Positions 41,891 through 55,200 of a stretch of DNA of 64,000 nt are shown in pieces (position 1 is the first letter of the stretch; each line of letters starts with the position of its first letter). The DNA is from Leidyana gryllorum EB-2025a (Eukaryota > Protista > Apicomplexa). Both the position numbers and the translations under genes were made by a program. The stretch lies in assembly GCA_048772705.1 (NCBI GenBank), contig JBLWGC010000035.1:1-64000 (forward strand), read 5' to 3'. Below the pieces are notes generated by a model. That model ran no database searches. It saw only the letters and a list, made by a program, of their open reading frames with translations, and had not been told where the DNA came from.

Positions 41891-44800
41891 CTATGTGGTA
41901 ATGAGCTTGGCGTAGCGAGGAGGACTGAAAGTTTTCTTGATAGTCTACAGGGAGGCATTGGGAGCAAGTCACAACCTGACCGCCTACCTTATAGCTATGT
42001 ACAGGTACCCAGGAGAGCAGAGTTATAATGGCGACTTTGCTCCAAAAATCGCTCGACATAATGAACTGAGGACGAGAGAACACGGATAAGTAGATGTGTG
42101 TTTGTGTGTGTGTGTGGGGGGCGTAGGTGTGTGTGTGTGCGGGGGCGTAGATGTGTGTGTGTGTGTCTTCTGGCACTTACGTGTATATCAAAGTACTCCT
42201 TCAAGAGCAGCAGGGAAGTTGCGTATATTACCACCGTTGCTATCTCGGCAGCGACCATCAGGGGGTGCCTGGGGAAGGCGGCGGTTCATTGAGGAGTGAT
42301 CTTATTTTCCTTGCTTACCACGTCATTATTTCACTGCAGACGTTGAGTAGTTCAGCCAATATCAGGGCTGTGAACGCAATGGAGACGAGGTTCATCATTT
42401 GTCGTTCAAAGAGTGCAATTACTCCGACCATAATGACGGCTCCTTGATAGATACTCTTGAAGAGCACTCTAAAGAACATTTTGTCACTAAGTCCACCTTC
42501 TTTCTTCTGAGACTTGTAGAGTTCTGGGAATAAGAAGGCCACCGATTCAGGCAGATCCACGTCCAGCACGAGAGAGAAAACGGGAAGCATTGTGTAATAA
42601 GTCGCGTATCCGACTTGCAGCCACCCTTGAAACAAAGCCAATGGAGTAAAGTAGAAGATGGCGGAGAATATCACTTGAATCACCGATATAACCAGTCCAC
42701 GATGGACGACAAAAGCAGACAGCTTCGCCGACCTTTGATGGCTGAGGCGTCCGTGCCACAAGAGGAGACGCTTCAAGTGACGGAACTCCAGAATACTAAA
42801 GTCTGACGCCAGAGACGCTTGCTTCCCCTCCACTCCAACAATACCGATCCCACAATGAGCTGCGTGGATCATAGGAACATCATTCCCTCCGTCTCCCACG
42901 GCAGCCAGGCGCAGATGAGGATTGGCCTTCTTAACCATATTGACAATCTGTGCTTTCTGTGTCGGGGAACATCGACAACACAACACAGCTCGCGCGATAT
43001 CAGCCCTCTCCACAAACGAGGTCGCCAATTCCGGATCGTTCAGCAACTTGTCCACCACTGTGCCATCCACACAGATCACTACGTCACCGCCATATGCGGC
43101 CATCGTACGAGCCGAGCCCCCTCGGAGTTCAGGCTGGTGCATAGCCGCAATACTATTCAACGCTCCCGCAATGCTTTCGGTCGAGTTGTACAGATCAGAG
43201 GTTATCGCGATAACACTATCGTGGCGGCCTCTCAGTCCAGCAGAAGTGGCGATACACAAAGCTGTCTCTGTCTTGTCACCTGTCAACATCCATATCTTGA
43301 TACCGGCCTGCCCAAGTGTCTCAATGGTCGCAGCCACTTCGTTCTGCAACTCATCCTCAACCCCAGTGATACCCAACAATTCCATATCCTTCTCCAACAA
43401 TCGCTCAATCACACTCCCACATTTTGCGTCTCTCTCAACCAACGCCGCTCGGGCATCCGCATACTCTCGCCGAAATATTTGATATACAGTGGGACTCAAC
43501 TCGCTGCGCGCGAATACTAATGTCCGTAACCCCGATCGAGCGAAGCTGTCAATCTCCTCCGCAAGCCATTGGGGCTTACTCGACAAACACGGGATCACAG
43601 CCACCTCCGCTCCTTTCAGCAGATAGAATATACGATCACTCTCTTTCTCTCGCACTATCACTCCCATCCGCTTTCGAGCAGACGAAAACGGAAAGATCTC
43701 AAGAATCTCCAACGTAATGTCATACCCGCCCTCCTCCAGACCCATCGCCTCCGCGCCACTCCCAGCAGTCCGCCTCACGCCCCCTTGGTGAGGCGAAACG
43801 CTCAGAGTCATTTCCATGTCAGATCGCGCTGTCAGAGCGACTCCCATTGTGTTGGAAGCAAACGCCACCAATGCCATCTCATCCGGAGATGAGGCCTGGT
43901 AACTCAAATGACCAGTGTTCTCATCTCGTGTCGGAACTACAGAGTGACATGTCGCAATTGCTGCTATCAGATTCCGCACTCGAACCGCTGCGTCACGTCG
44001 TCCACTTCTCACATGGCCGAACAACTGCAAATAAGGTCCTGAATGTATCTCGCGGGGAGTGAATTGCGCCTTACCACAGGAGGGTCACTTGCAGAAGAGT
44101 CTATGACAGAGTCTTGTGTTCGCATCCCGGCGTGAAAATCCCGCATTAATTGACTTCGCGATCGCTCCATGTTCATCTGGTACACACGACCCGTCACTGC
44201 TACTTTCTGCAACATCATCTTGTTCTTCGTTACTGTTCCGGTTTTGTCAGAGAATAAGACGTCGATCCGTCCCAGTTCTTCTGGGAGCGTTGAATTACGC
44301 ACCACCTGCATTCACGTTCATAATCATCCAGCCTGACACGCTCATGAAGGTCATTGAGGCCCCGCGTCTCATCGCAGTAGCCCGAACACACGTGTGCGAG
44401 ACAGCGAGAAGCCCGGACAACGCGCCTTATAGGCAAGCAAGATGTCATTTGACCATCATGATTTACATCGAGTCACGAAGCGCTTGGCCGTTAACCCTCA
44501 CACTCACCGTGCCATGAATATCTTTGTCGCGACTTATCATGAACGAATACACAACTTTAGCCATGTCCAGGTTCACGCGAAGTGATATAGGAATGATTGA
44601 AGACAGGAGCAGTACGAAGCTGTGTGAAGAACGCTAGAAGAAGGTATAAAATGGTGGTACTCACCGGATGAAATAGATGCTCGAAAGGGGGCCCAATGGT
44701 TTGGCGTAGGTAAGGAAGAACGCGAAGATGAGTAGCACACAGCACAAGAACTTGGACATCCGATTGACCTCCAAATCGAAAGAGCCAATCTTTGTCTCTG

Positions 44801-46299
44801 ATTTGGTTGAATGCATGGCTGCGCGAGTCTCGGCCCCAGTGAAGATAGCCAGGGCAAGAACTGGTCCGGCAGTGACTACACTGTTAGTCCAGAGAGTGTT
44901 CTCCTGCCAATTCAAGCAGCGTTCCATTTGCGGCCATCGGCCTTAGCTCACCAATCCCAAGCCTTCTTTGATGGTTTCACTCTCAACTGCCATCGAGCGA
45001 GAGGAGCTGGTGGGCTGAGTAATCTCAATGCGCTGAGTCCAGCTTCCGTAGAACTTGTAAATCTCCTTTCTAGGAGCTTCCACCTCACAGACAGCGTCCA
45101 TCGTGAACATCGCGTTGAGCGGAGCATTCTGTACGCAGCCCACAGCTCTTCGAAGCTTCCAGTCTGTCTCTCCATCAAGTTGGTCTGTTCTGATGAACGT
45201 GGTGCCATCCGTGTCGGGATTGAGTGTCTTGAGAAGTATCACGTCACAAGGGACCCGCTGCCCGGCATGGAGGCGGAGAATGTGGCCAGCCCTGATCTGA
45301 GCCGCGGGGAGACTCGAGACCACCAGCTCGGTATCACCCTCAGGAGTGCCCGAGTGTTGTGACTCCAGTCCACCTGCCCCGGCCATGTCGGTTGCGGAGA
45401 ACGGTGCGATGACTTCGTAAACCTGATTATTGATCTCGCGATCTCGTCTAGACCGTTTTATATCATCAGTGGCCTCTTTGGCTAATGACATGGCGACAAC
45501 AAAGGCGAGTGGAGCCAAGTACGTAAAGAGAGGCCCGATCTGGAATTGAGGAGCCAACTGGGAGGCGCCCACTAGGAGGTAGAAGATATTGAAGAAGTAC
45601 CTGTGCACAGGCAGCGTTGATGTATTGGAAAGTCAGAATACCTGAACTGGTTGATGAGAGTAAGTGGCAGGAAGGTGAGCATCGAATACTTTTGATTCCG
45701 AGTGACGTTGTTTGCTGCGGGCGGTCGGTCGGTCAATGGGGAACTAAGTGTGTCATACCGTAGTTAGGCGGTTCAGAGCGAACTCTCCAGGTTACGTAGG
45801 TATCTTGGACATTGGAGAGGTACTGACGCGCAGAGTAGGCGTCTCCAGCCTCTTCTACGAGCGCCAAATCATGTCCTGGAAAGATGATATGCCGAGATGA
45901 GGGCTGTGTGGATCGACATGAGAGTATCTTGCGCACTTTCAGAGCGAAGCGGGCCATAATATCGGACCAGACTCGTCGATTGCATGGTCCACGTCTCATC
46001 TGTTAGCCGCAGCAAAGGTCACATGGTCGGCCAGCGCACTCCCTCACCCTCACCCATGACTTGTTTACAAGAGCGACTCGGTGTGTTTCGATAGCGAACA
46101 CGCCCCGATACGCGGGAGTGGAGCTGTCACTGCCAGCAGCGGAGTCTGTGGTCTTTGGTCGCACACGCATACGCGTGGTGTCTGTTTCCAAGGCCCCTTG
46201 GGGCATCGAGGCGCGCGCAAGAAGCTCACCAGTGTCCTCTGTGTCCATGTTTCTAAGTAGACTGGCACGAAGGTCCTGTAGCGGACCCCCTGTACTCAT
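41891..46299 (-). CDS. P4-ATPase phospholipid flippase, ATP9/Neo1 class
   Basis: [31 protein letters not shown] and GDGGND. The spliced C-terminus reads FSPPRYAKL. Confidence 0.93.
42091..42166. repeat. Compound (GT)n/GGGGGCGTAG repeat in a flippase intron
   Basis: Three GT-rich units separated by gggggcgtag. Confidence 0.7.
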
Positions 46300-46625
46300 T
46301 AAGTGCTTTTGGGCATATCCCGTTTATTATGCCCCAAGTTGGCGGCATAGAAGCCAGCTAAAGAGCCTACGCACCACTACCCTACTTAAATCCCCCTACT
46401 TCCTTTTCCCAGATTGCCCCTTCCCCCACTTTGACCAGATTCAGTGTATGCCCTGACAGAGATAGGAGTCTGTGTCCCTTCTGATTGAGACGACCGTCCT
46501 TTGTGTGTTGGTGCAACAATAGTGTAATTGGCCTTCTCTCGCTCAGACGCAAAAAAGGGTGGCTTTGTTGGTTCCTTCTTTCCTTTCCATTCCTGCCTGA
46601 CTGCGGACTGACTTATAAAAATCGT

Positions 46626-49600
46626 TCATTCCTCAGCATCGCGGATGCCCACTAGCCTGGACTGACAATTGGTTCCCCCGCCTCCACTATGGGGCCGGGA
46701 AGTACTCTCGGCGGTGTCCTGCGACTCGCCGCCCGTGATCTGAATTCTGGTTACTCGCATGAACGCCACAACACTCGAACCGTTAGCCGCCTTGGGCCTC
46801 TCAGCTGGAGGCGAAGCTTCTCCAGGCTCTGGAAGAGGCGTACGGTCGGTAATAGTCCGTTCCGTTCCTGTGCGTTCTGTCGTTCCTTCACAGGCACCCA
46901 CGCTGGGTTGCTGTGGAGTTGACGGGGGCTGATGCGCTCGAGGTTGCCAACCGCTGCAGCGTCGCCCCATATACCGGCCACGAGGCGTATAATAACCAGT
47001 ATTCTTGCAGCGTCCGACGCCACTGCCCGCGGAACTGGTTTGCGGGGTACTTGATACGGGGGTGGATGTCACGGCTGACAACAGTTCTAACCGGCCGCGC
47101 CAATCAGCGAAACGACTGGTAGAAAATGACGGGAGTGATGATCGACGTGTGAGTACACAGTTGGTGCTAGGCGGCACGCTAGGCTGACTAAGAGTGCGGC
47201 TGCGAGGCTCCGCCGGGTCGTTGCCCCACGCAGACGGCGTCTCACACACTCCAAAACGGGGTTCCGGCGGACTTGGACTCGCGCACGAAGGCATGCTGGG
47301 GCGCTGACGAAGAAACTGCTTGGATACTGAAGGCTTCAAGGTAAAACGCTTCGAAACCCCCCTAGGTTTGCACCCAGGAGGGCTCGGACTCCTCTTCCAA
47401 CATGGTAATTCAGTACTGCGGATTGCCCGGAGTCGGCTCAAGATTTCAGGCGACCGCACACACGTGTGTGGCGTTCTAAATTGCCAACAACACCTGCTCT
47501 TATCCGCCTGCGCTGCCTGAATGGCGACGTGGGCACATGTTGGAGGGCTTTCTGGTGCTGCAGCACAGCGACATTTGGTGTGATTGGAACAACTGTGGTG
47601 GGAACTTGCACCACAAACTTGCTTTCTAGGAGGGGGGGCTTCCTGGCATTCCTTATGAGTGACAGGGGCTGGCTCGCTGGCTTTGGGCAAAAGATTTCGA
47701 TTGCAGCACGCGCGTATTCCTGGGTGGTGGGTGAACGGTGTGTGGGTTCCGTCGCTTGGAGGCATGTTATGGCTACTGCGCCACACACTGGTCCAGTCAG
47801 CTTGTGGGGTAGCTCGAGACTCGTTGACAGCACCACCACACTGTGGCGGCGGTGTCGGTAGTTGCAAAGGGCTGCGTTCATTGCACGGCTCCAGCTGCGT
47901 CAGACTTAAGGAAGGATGTTCACTAAGCTGGGAGTTTTGATTCCGAACGGCAGCTGTGGTATTGCGATGGCACCCGGAGCTCCCGGTGGACGTAGTGCGG
48001 CTTGCGGCAGCTGTGATATCTCCAACTCTGTTAGTGGTGGGAGGACATCGGGGTGTAATGGAGGGTTGTGGTTGGACTGGATTGCAATGTCGGTTCGACA
48101 CCTTGAGCGAGATCTGTCGCTGGGCTTCAGGGTCATCGTCGTCATCGCTGTCGTTCCTCTGAGCTCTCCGTCTGCGCGAGGCTCTGGAGGCGGCGGCAGC
48201 GCCAGCCATGGAGGCTGCTGCGATGGCACCTCCTATGAGGGCACCGAAAGCTCCGACGGCCCAGAGGACACCAGAGCGCATTTGGCAGTGGCGGTCCTCA
48301 TCCGAAGAGCCACCTCCCCTCAGGTTGGAGGGATTCTGAGAGGAACGAGAGCGAGGCATCTGGAAAGCCCTGGCAGCGGATGCCGCTTGGTTGTTATGAC
48401 CTCCGCCAGACGAGCTTTCTCGTGCTCGTTTGGCGAGCATTGCGAGCTGTTGTCTCCGAGACCGAAGTGTTGTGGTTGTTTTGGGTGTTGTGGTGGCAGT
48501 ACTGCCACTGTTATTGTTCCCATCAGCGTCTCCTTCGGTCTCATCATCCTCTTCGCCCTCTCCATCTCCGTCTGTGTCGTCATCATCCCAGGGATGTGTA
48601 CGCGATTGAGGAGCTGTTGTTGGCGTCTACACAGTAGACTGATACTGTTGGCTACTCTCACCTTGGTAGCTATCTTCTTGCCCATCTTGTCTCCCGATGC
48701 AGCGGCGGCGGCGGCTGCTGCTAAGCGATGAGTGATGGCATTCTGAGACACAGGTGTGTAACTCACTGTCATTGTCATCATCTTCCTCTTCCTCGTCTTC
48801 GTCTTCTTCGTCTTCATCACTGGTAGCAGCGGTGGTCGCTGCGGACGGCGTCGTAGTTGTCGTTGTAGTACTCCGTTTCCGCTTGGGACGATGCTGGCGT
48901 CGCGGAGTAGCGTCAGAAGGAGGAGGCGTTCCTTGCGGTTGTAGCGTTGACGACGAGAGATCCGGTGCTACTGTTGTGGGGCTGCTATCGCTATTGCTAC
49001 TGTTATCGCTAAGGCTGCTGCTCGTTGAAGCAATAGAGGTACAGGTAGAGGACTGATTAGCGTCAGGCGTCGGAGAGGGAGACGACGCCGATGGGTCGAC
49101 TGTACTGCTGCTGCTGCTGCTGCTGGTAGACACAGCTGAACTCTCATTATCATCATCTCCAGTGCTCGTAGTGGCGGCCTCGGTGGTCGTGGGACTGCTG
49201 CTGCTGCTGTCCAGAGTGGTCTCGCTACTCGTTGGAGTGGCACTGGGAGTCGGTGTGGTGGTGGAGGTCGACTCTTTCGGGTCGACAGCATTGGCTCGGG
49301 CTTGTTGACCAGTGACTGACTCGGTCGTAGTGGTCGGAATCTGAGCTCCCGTTTTGGGTGTAGTTGTTACCACTCCATCATCTGGCATGTTGGGGCGTTT
49401 CTCAGGCCGAGCCCGCGCCTGCGTGGTGGGCCTCCAACATCGATCTGAGGTGGTTGTCGGCCCACCCGATGTCGTTGTGGTCGACGCTGTAGTCGTCGTC
49501 GTCGTTGTGGTGGTGCTCGTAGTGGTTGTGTCTTCGTCCACATCGACCACGTCCATTTCCCCAGTCACCGAAGAAAATGAGTTCCCTGGAGCTGTGTAAT

Positions 49601-50093
49601 CGTACAGTGGAAGTTGAGTCGACTTTGTTCTCGGCGGAGGCGCAGTAGTCGTCGTCGTCTTGGGCGCTTTCGGATTATCGCTGGGGCTGTGACCCTCGGA
49701 TGGACGCATACACGCGGTCACATGTGCGTCCGGAGATGAAGAGGGAGACGGAGACGGCGAGGTCGATTGCGATTGCGATGTCCCGTCTGGAGACGGAGAC
49801 GGCGACTGCGATGTCGTCGAGTCGGTTGTCGATGACTGTTGTTGGGGGGTAGTGTTGTTATTGCAGTCAGAAGCACAGGGAGTGTGACAATCTGATAGTG
49901 TTTCGGATGGCCATTTGGGGAGGGCCTTCCAGTTGCTGACGACGGTGGTTTTGCCGTTCTTCTTGGTACATTTGGGGACCTCCTGCATAGAGTTTGCGAT
50001 GGCTTTCAGCAATCCCTCGTTGTACATGGGCACAGGGACGATGCGCACGTCAGCTGCGGCCGCGGAAACGGCTGCCACAAAGATCAAACGCAT
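46626..50093 (-). CDS. Mucin-like type I membrane glycoprotein (Thr/Ser-rich); 3' end uncertain (47906 or 46626)
   Basis: Signal peptide MRLIFVAAVSAAAA, poly-Thr/Ser tracts and an acidic tract. Two short introns near 48630-48770 link in frame to the ORF carrying TM VLWAVGAFGALIGGAIAAA followed by RRRR. Confidence 0.65.
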
Positions 50094-50192
50094 TGAAGGC
50101 GGCGACGAGCGTTAAACGGGTCACACGAAGATCATCAATTCCTCTCGTCTCCACCTTAGCCAACTACACAGTTTTCTGGGACACCGGTACCA

Positions 50193-51306
50193 ATGTCGGA
50201 TGGAGTAGCTGAAGCCTGGGAGCGCATATTGAATCAGGCTGTCGCTCTAAATGCCGCACCTCCCTCGGTTCGACGTCCTGTGCCTACTTCCGCCGAAGAG
50301 CTGGACCGAATCTGGCACAACCTCCACTCCTCTGCATCACAGTTGCCTCCCGCTGCGCTGCAGTCAAACGATAGAGAAGCCGAACAGCCACCGCAAAACA
50401 CTGCCCGAAGCGGCTTCGGCTTCATATCCCGTTTGCTACGCTCCTCGTCCTCCAGCACAGGGCCAGCCGCTGCTGCCCCCACCACCAATCCTAACAATCC
50501 CCCGTCCTCTTCAATGTCACTGGAGGCGCCAAACGTCTGGGAACGGCTAGTGGACGTCGTAGATCGCGCTGCAATTCCCGGAAATGATCAACCGAGTGAA
50601 ACTGAAACAAGTCTATCTCGTCTGTTCCTCGGCAGAGGTGACTCTGTTGTCCCAAAAGGGGACAACACCAGTCGCGAAGAATGGGCACAGATCCAGAATC
50701 AGATCTCCCAATCAGCCCCTCCACGTACTGATAGTAATGTCGGTCGCAACACACAAGGCAGTGGAGGTGGCAATATACTAACTCGCTGGCTATGGTCTTC
50801 CTCAGCTTCCTCTTCCAAGAATAACCTCGAGTCAAAGGATGAGCAGAATCGCGCTCAAGCAGCCGCCTGGCTGCAGCAGCGAAATCGTCGAGCCCCACTC
50901 CCCGCAATCAATATTCCATCAAGTGATGTAAAAAATGTGGCACCGTCTCCCCGTCCACCCCCCGTAAGTGCACGTGCTATCAACGCTCTAGAGAACCTGG
51001 TAAACCAAATCCGAGCCCGCGAAGAAGAAGAAGGGGCAGGTGCCGCCCGCCGTTCGAGCACTGTAGGACGCCCATCACCGGTCACTCTCCCCTTTTCTCA
51101 AACTATCGAGACGCTAGGGCTGAGGAGGTTAAGTTCTGTAGCCCGACCGGAGAACGCCAGACTCTTCGCTGCGGTAATGATATTGACTCCGCTCGACCGC
51201 TCGCGAACGATAACCGTAGGTCTGCCGAAGGTTGGATCAGTTGCGGTCTGCCAACGAAGCCAGTGTCAGAGCCGCCCGTCCGCCCCTCTCTTTTTTCACC
51301 TGCTGA
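50193..51306 (+). CDS. Hypothetical low-complexity protein
   Basis: Long ORF from ATG 50193. A probable intron at 51174-51219 gives a stop at 51304-51306; unspliced, the ORF runs to 51512. Confidence 0.5.
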
Positions 51307-52204
51307 GACTCCCACAACGATCCACCTGCCTCGGGCTGCGATATTGTGTCAAACTTCCTCTTGATCTCGACGACACCGACCCGCGGAGCGGGGTCGTCGT
51401 CGTAATGTCGCCTCTCAACCGCGCTATCTCATATAAGAGTGTTTCGGCTATCACTTCAACATCGGGAAGTGCACCCATGCCTAAGATAAGGGAAACAAAA
51501 CACCCTGCTTGACTGGCAACGATCCGTCACGTACCTGTTTCTCCGCAAGCCAGAGTTTTCGATATCGGGCTTATAATGTCCCAACCCCACTCTCTCAGCT
51601 GCTTCAGCTGCTTTGAAGTGATCGGGTGGTCCCACATCTGGGTGTTCATCGCTGGACAGCCCTGCAAACCCATTTTATCATCCACTGGACGCAGGAACAT
51701 TGCGTGTCTCTGCGCCACACGTGTGTGCTTACGATGATAGGCTTGCGAACACGTGCATTTCGAAACGGCCAAGCGCGCAGAACAGCTGTCAGCAGTTTGT
51801 TGGCCCGTCCACTCACGATATCACTCATTGTATTGGCGCTTAACGGGCATATAAGAGCTATATCGGCCCAGTTGCGCAACTGAATAGGGATCGATCACTT
51901 GATCACGGTACGAGAGTGAGTAACATACCTTGATATGAAGTACTTCGGCGCCTCGCAGCCAGGGGGCATTCTCCATTCCGTCCACATAGGCATTTTCGGC
52001 TCCCAAAACTTTAGTGCTTCCTGTAGCCTCACAACGTTCTAGACCTCCAACTTCGGTAAATTTAAGACTTGCATCTGTTTGGACCACTTTGACATTGACA
52101 TTCTCATCCTTCAATAAATCCAGCAATTCGGGTACTTTGATAGCAGCCACACTACCACAGATGCCCAACAATACATTACATGGACGGGTAGATTTGTATA
52201 GCAT
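51296..52204 (-). CDS. PPCDC: Phosphopantothenoylcysteine decarboxylase (HAL3-like flavoprotein)
   Basis: VLLGICGSVAAIK, LHIKLRNWAD, PLSANT, PAMNTQMWDHP and KTLACGETGMGAL. Confidence 0.92.
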
Positions 52205-52224
52205 GTAATTGTCAGAAAAATAAA

Positions 52225-55200
52225 TTACACGAGGATCACATTGTTCAAGATGCCAGCCGCATCTTTCTCTGTTGGATGATCGTCTCCGCACTTCCAATCT
52301 CCGTCCACAATAAACTTAAAAACGTGGCGTCCTGGCACCAGGGCGAGCGTAGCAGTGAAAGCTTGCATAGAATTATCCCAACTCAGCGGCCTTCGCACCC
52401 TCCAGTCATCGAAACTCCCACTGATGGCGACTGATCGCGGACGGCTACCCTTCGCCGGCACGTATTTCACTTTAATTGGCTTCCGAATCGTCGAAGACGT
52501 AAGATCGGTAGTCTTCGACGAGGCTGTTGATGTTGGGCTTTCCTCCCCAATCTTTTTGGGAGATCGAGCCTTCAACATCATTGAACGCAAACTCTCCCGC
52601 TGGGGGCTTTCAGTCGAGGGCTTCCATGCCGGCAGTGATTTGAGTACTTGATGAACCTGCAGCAAAGAATGCACCCAGCCAGAGATCAGAAAGCAACGAG
52701 CACAAAGCCAGAATGCTATCGAGCAGACTTGCTATGCGGAGTGCAAGTTGCGCGACATTGTTAGCATGCAAATAGCAAATTACCTGAGAGGGGTTAACGA
52801 GTATACGGTTTCGAAGGCGGCAGAACTCGCCGAGCCATGCTGTGGCCGATTCCTCACAGGAGACCACTGACTCGGCGCAGTTCTTGCGCAGTTTGCTGTA
52901 TTTGGATTGGTCTCTGTAGGTAAAAGAGTTATGAGGGGGGCATCAAAGGTCGCAGGCTCACTGGTAGACACGATGTGCCCGTTCGATGGAGAAGATGAAG
53001 TCTCCAAGATTGTATGCAGCGAAGGTGAAGCCGTTCCCGGTGCATTGTTCGAGATCAAACTCGAAGATAGTGTCTTTGAGGCCTCCCGTCTTGAAGGCTG
53101 AAGAAGAAGTGGAGAGTGGCGTGCTTTGATCAGTGAGTGCGGGCAGCTTACCAACGACTGGAGTTCCTGCGACCAGGAATTCGTGTTGGACAATTCCACC
53201 GGGTTCGAACAGTGAAGGCATAAGTCCAAAGTCGCTTCCGAGATTGACGAGAGTGCCGTCACTGAAGAATTCGTTGGGGTCCGCATAGAAGGACCAGGGG
53301 TATCTTTCTTTGAGAGAGTACATGTGGTTTCCGCATCTGGCGGAGTATGGATCGCTCCAGTTGACTTTGCCCCCGACGAGGATCTGTACTCTGTGATTGT
53401 AGCGTTTGATGACAGATTCTGCCGCTTCGAGTATGAGGTGAACACCCTTCTGCGAGGTGATTCTGCCGATGAAGGAGAAGATGGGGATGGTGAGGTCCGG
53501 TTCGGTGAATCCAAAGTATTTGGCTTGGATCCGTCCTTTGGCCTCTTCGTGTGATTTGACACCGAGTGTCCGTAGTTTGGCGTGTCTGGCGGCGATGGGT
53601 ATGCCATTGGGTGTCGCGAATGGTTGGGGGAAGCGGTTGAGGAGGGGAGCGAGGGGGGAGGCAGGGCCGCCCGAACGTCCGCAGAGGTCATCGCGATAAG
53701 AGTTGCTGACAGTTCCCCATTGGTCGGCGGTCATCAAGGCGCAACGACTTGGATTGACAATGGTTTGGCTCCACAGCGGGTCGACCAAGAGGTCGTGTGG
53801 CAGTTTGTGGACATATTGATATCCGTCGCGAGTGGGCGGGAAGATTCGGCCTTCGTAGTCCGGATCTCCGTTGTGAATGATGTGAAGGAAAGTGGTCTGT
53901 CGGAACGTTTCGCCGAAAGCGCCACATTTGGCAAACGCGGGTATCAGGCCGGTGGTCCAATCGTTGGTGACAATGATTTGAGGTATGTGTTGCACTTGAC
54001 ACAGTACTTCGAGGAACGATTTACCGATCACACTGAGCATCTTGACAGCGTCCAAAGCCACATTATCGGGGTAGGGTGTGGGGAAATAGGTCGCGTTGTG
54101 GACAAAGTAGAGACGCACACCTTTAACAGTACCTTCGTGCACTCCCAGTGTCACTTGCTGTCCCCCAATCTCAACTGTGACATTGAACACCCAATTCACG
54201 TCGTCCTTCTTGAGATAGTCCCTTTCTCCGCGTCGGTTTCTGTCATAGTACGGTGATATCACCCATGTCTCCTGTCCCAAGTCATTCACCAATGTGGCCG
54301 CCAATTCGTCTACCATCACTCCCAGACCACCAACCGTCGACCATTTGCCCAATTCCGCGGTCATAAACACTATCGGACCCAAAGCATTAGCGTTCTTACA
54401 GTCTCGAGCGATGTCAAAGACACTGATCAGCTTATCGGGAGAACGTTCATTCGTAGTTGGTGTTATCGGATTTGTCGTCGAGGCCGCTGCTTCGAGTATT
54501 CTGTCGAGCTTAGCGAAGAATTTAACCGCCTGGTTTGAATTCACGTTCAATAGACCTCCTGTCACCAATAGGTTGAACAAACTGAAACCAGTCGTTTTGG
54601 AACTCTCAGCTGTGGGACTCTCCATTTGCGCCTCGTTACGCCACTGTGCCGCCAATGCGATCCGCTGTAATACAACACCGAATTGTGCCACATCGCCTTC
54701 CATCTCGATCGCTTGGATCAAACTTGCAGCCACGTAGTTCGAGTCCAGAGCCGCTCGCAATGACGCTGGCACTGCCCGACCCTCGGCCCGCAACTTCCCC
54801 AACCGACCTACGTCGCGCTCCAGAGACGCCAAAGACGACACGTACAACGCCAACAATGTGTCGGGCTCCTCCTCTATGGGACCTCTCAACATCTTCACAC
54901 CGCAACAAGACGAACTGTAGGGCTGCAACGACAGAATTGGTGGGTCAGCCAATACTTCTCCCAAAGTCCTCAACGTCAATTGATGACGACTGTTCAATTC
55001 CAAAAGCTCTCCGGTGCGCATCATAGAAACACATTTACTCGAACCCGGCTCAAAGTCGTTCTCCACAGCAAACATATCCCAGACCTCCATCAACGTGTCG
55101 CTTCGGAACTCATTCGAGTGGTAATGCTTTTGCAAGAAAGCAATACCAAAGTTTACAGCCGGTATTGTGTCACTGCTGAAGTTAATCGCAGCCAACACAA

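Noticed and set aside
40470-42176. Flippase-ABC transporter fusion suggested by the 568-aa ORF
   Set aside because: Splicing gives the flippase its own typical C-terminus and stop at 41891. The ABC gene starts at 41864.
42547-43892. Numerous antisense and alternate-frame ORFs over the flippase (and similar ones elsewhere)
   Set aside because: They are shadow ORFs of GC-rich coding sequence with no motifs.
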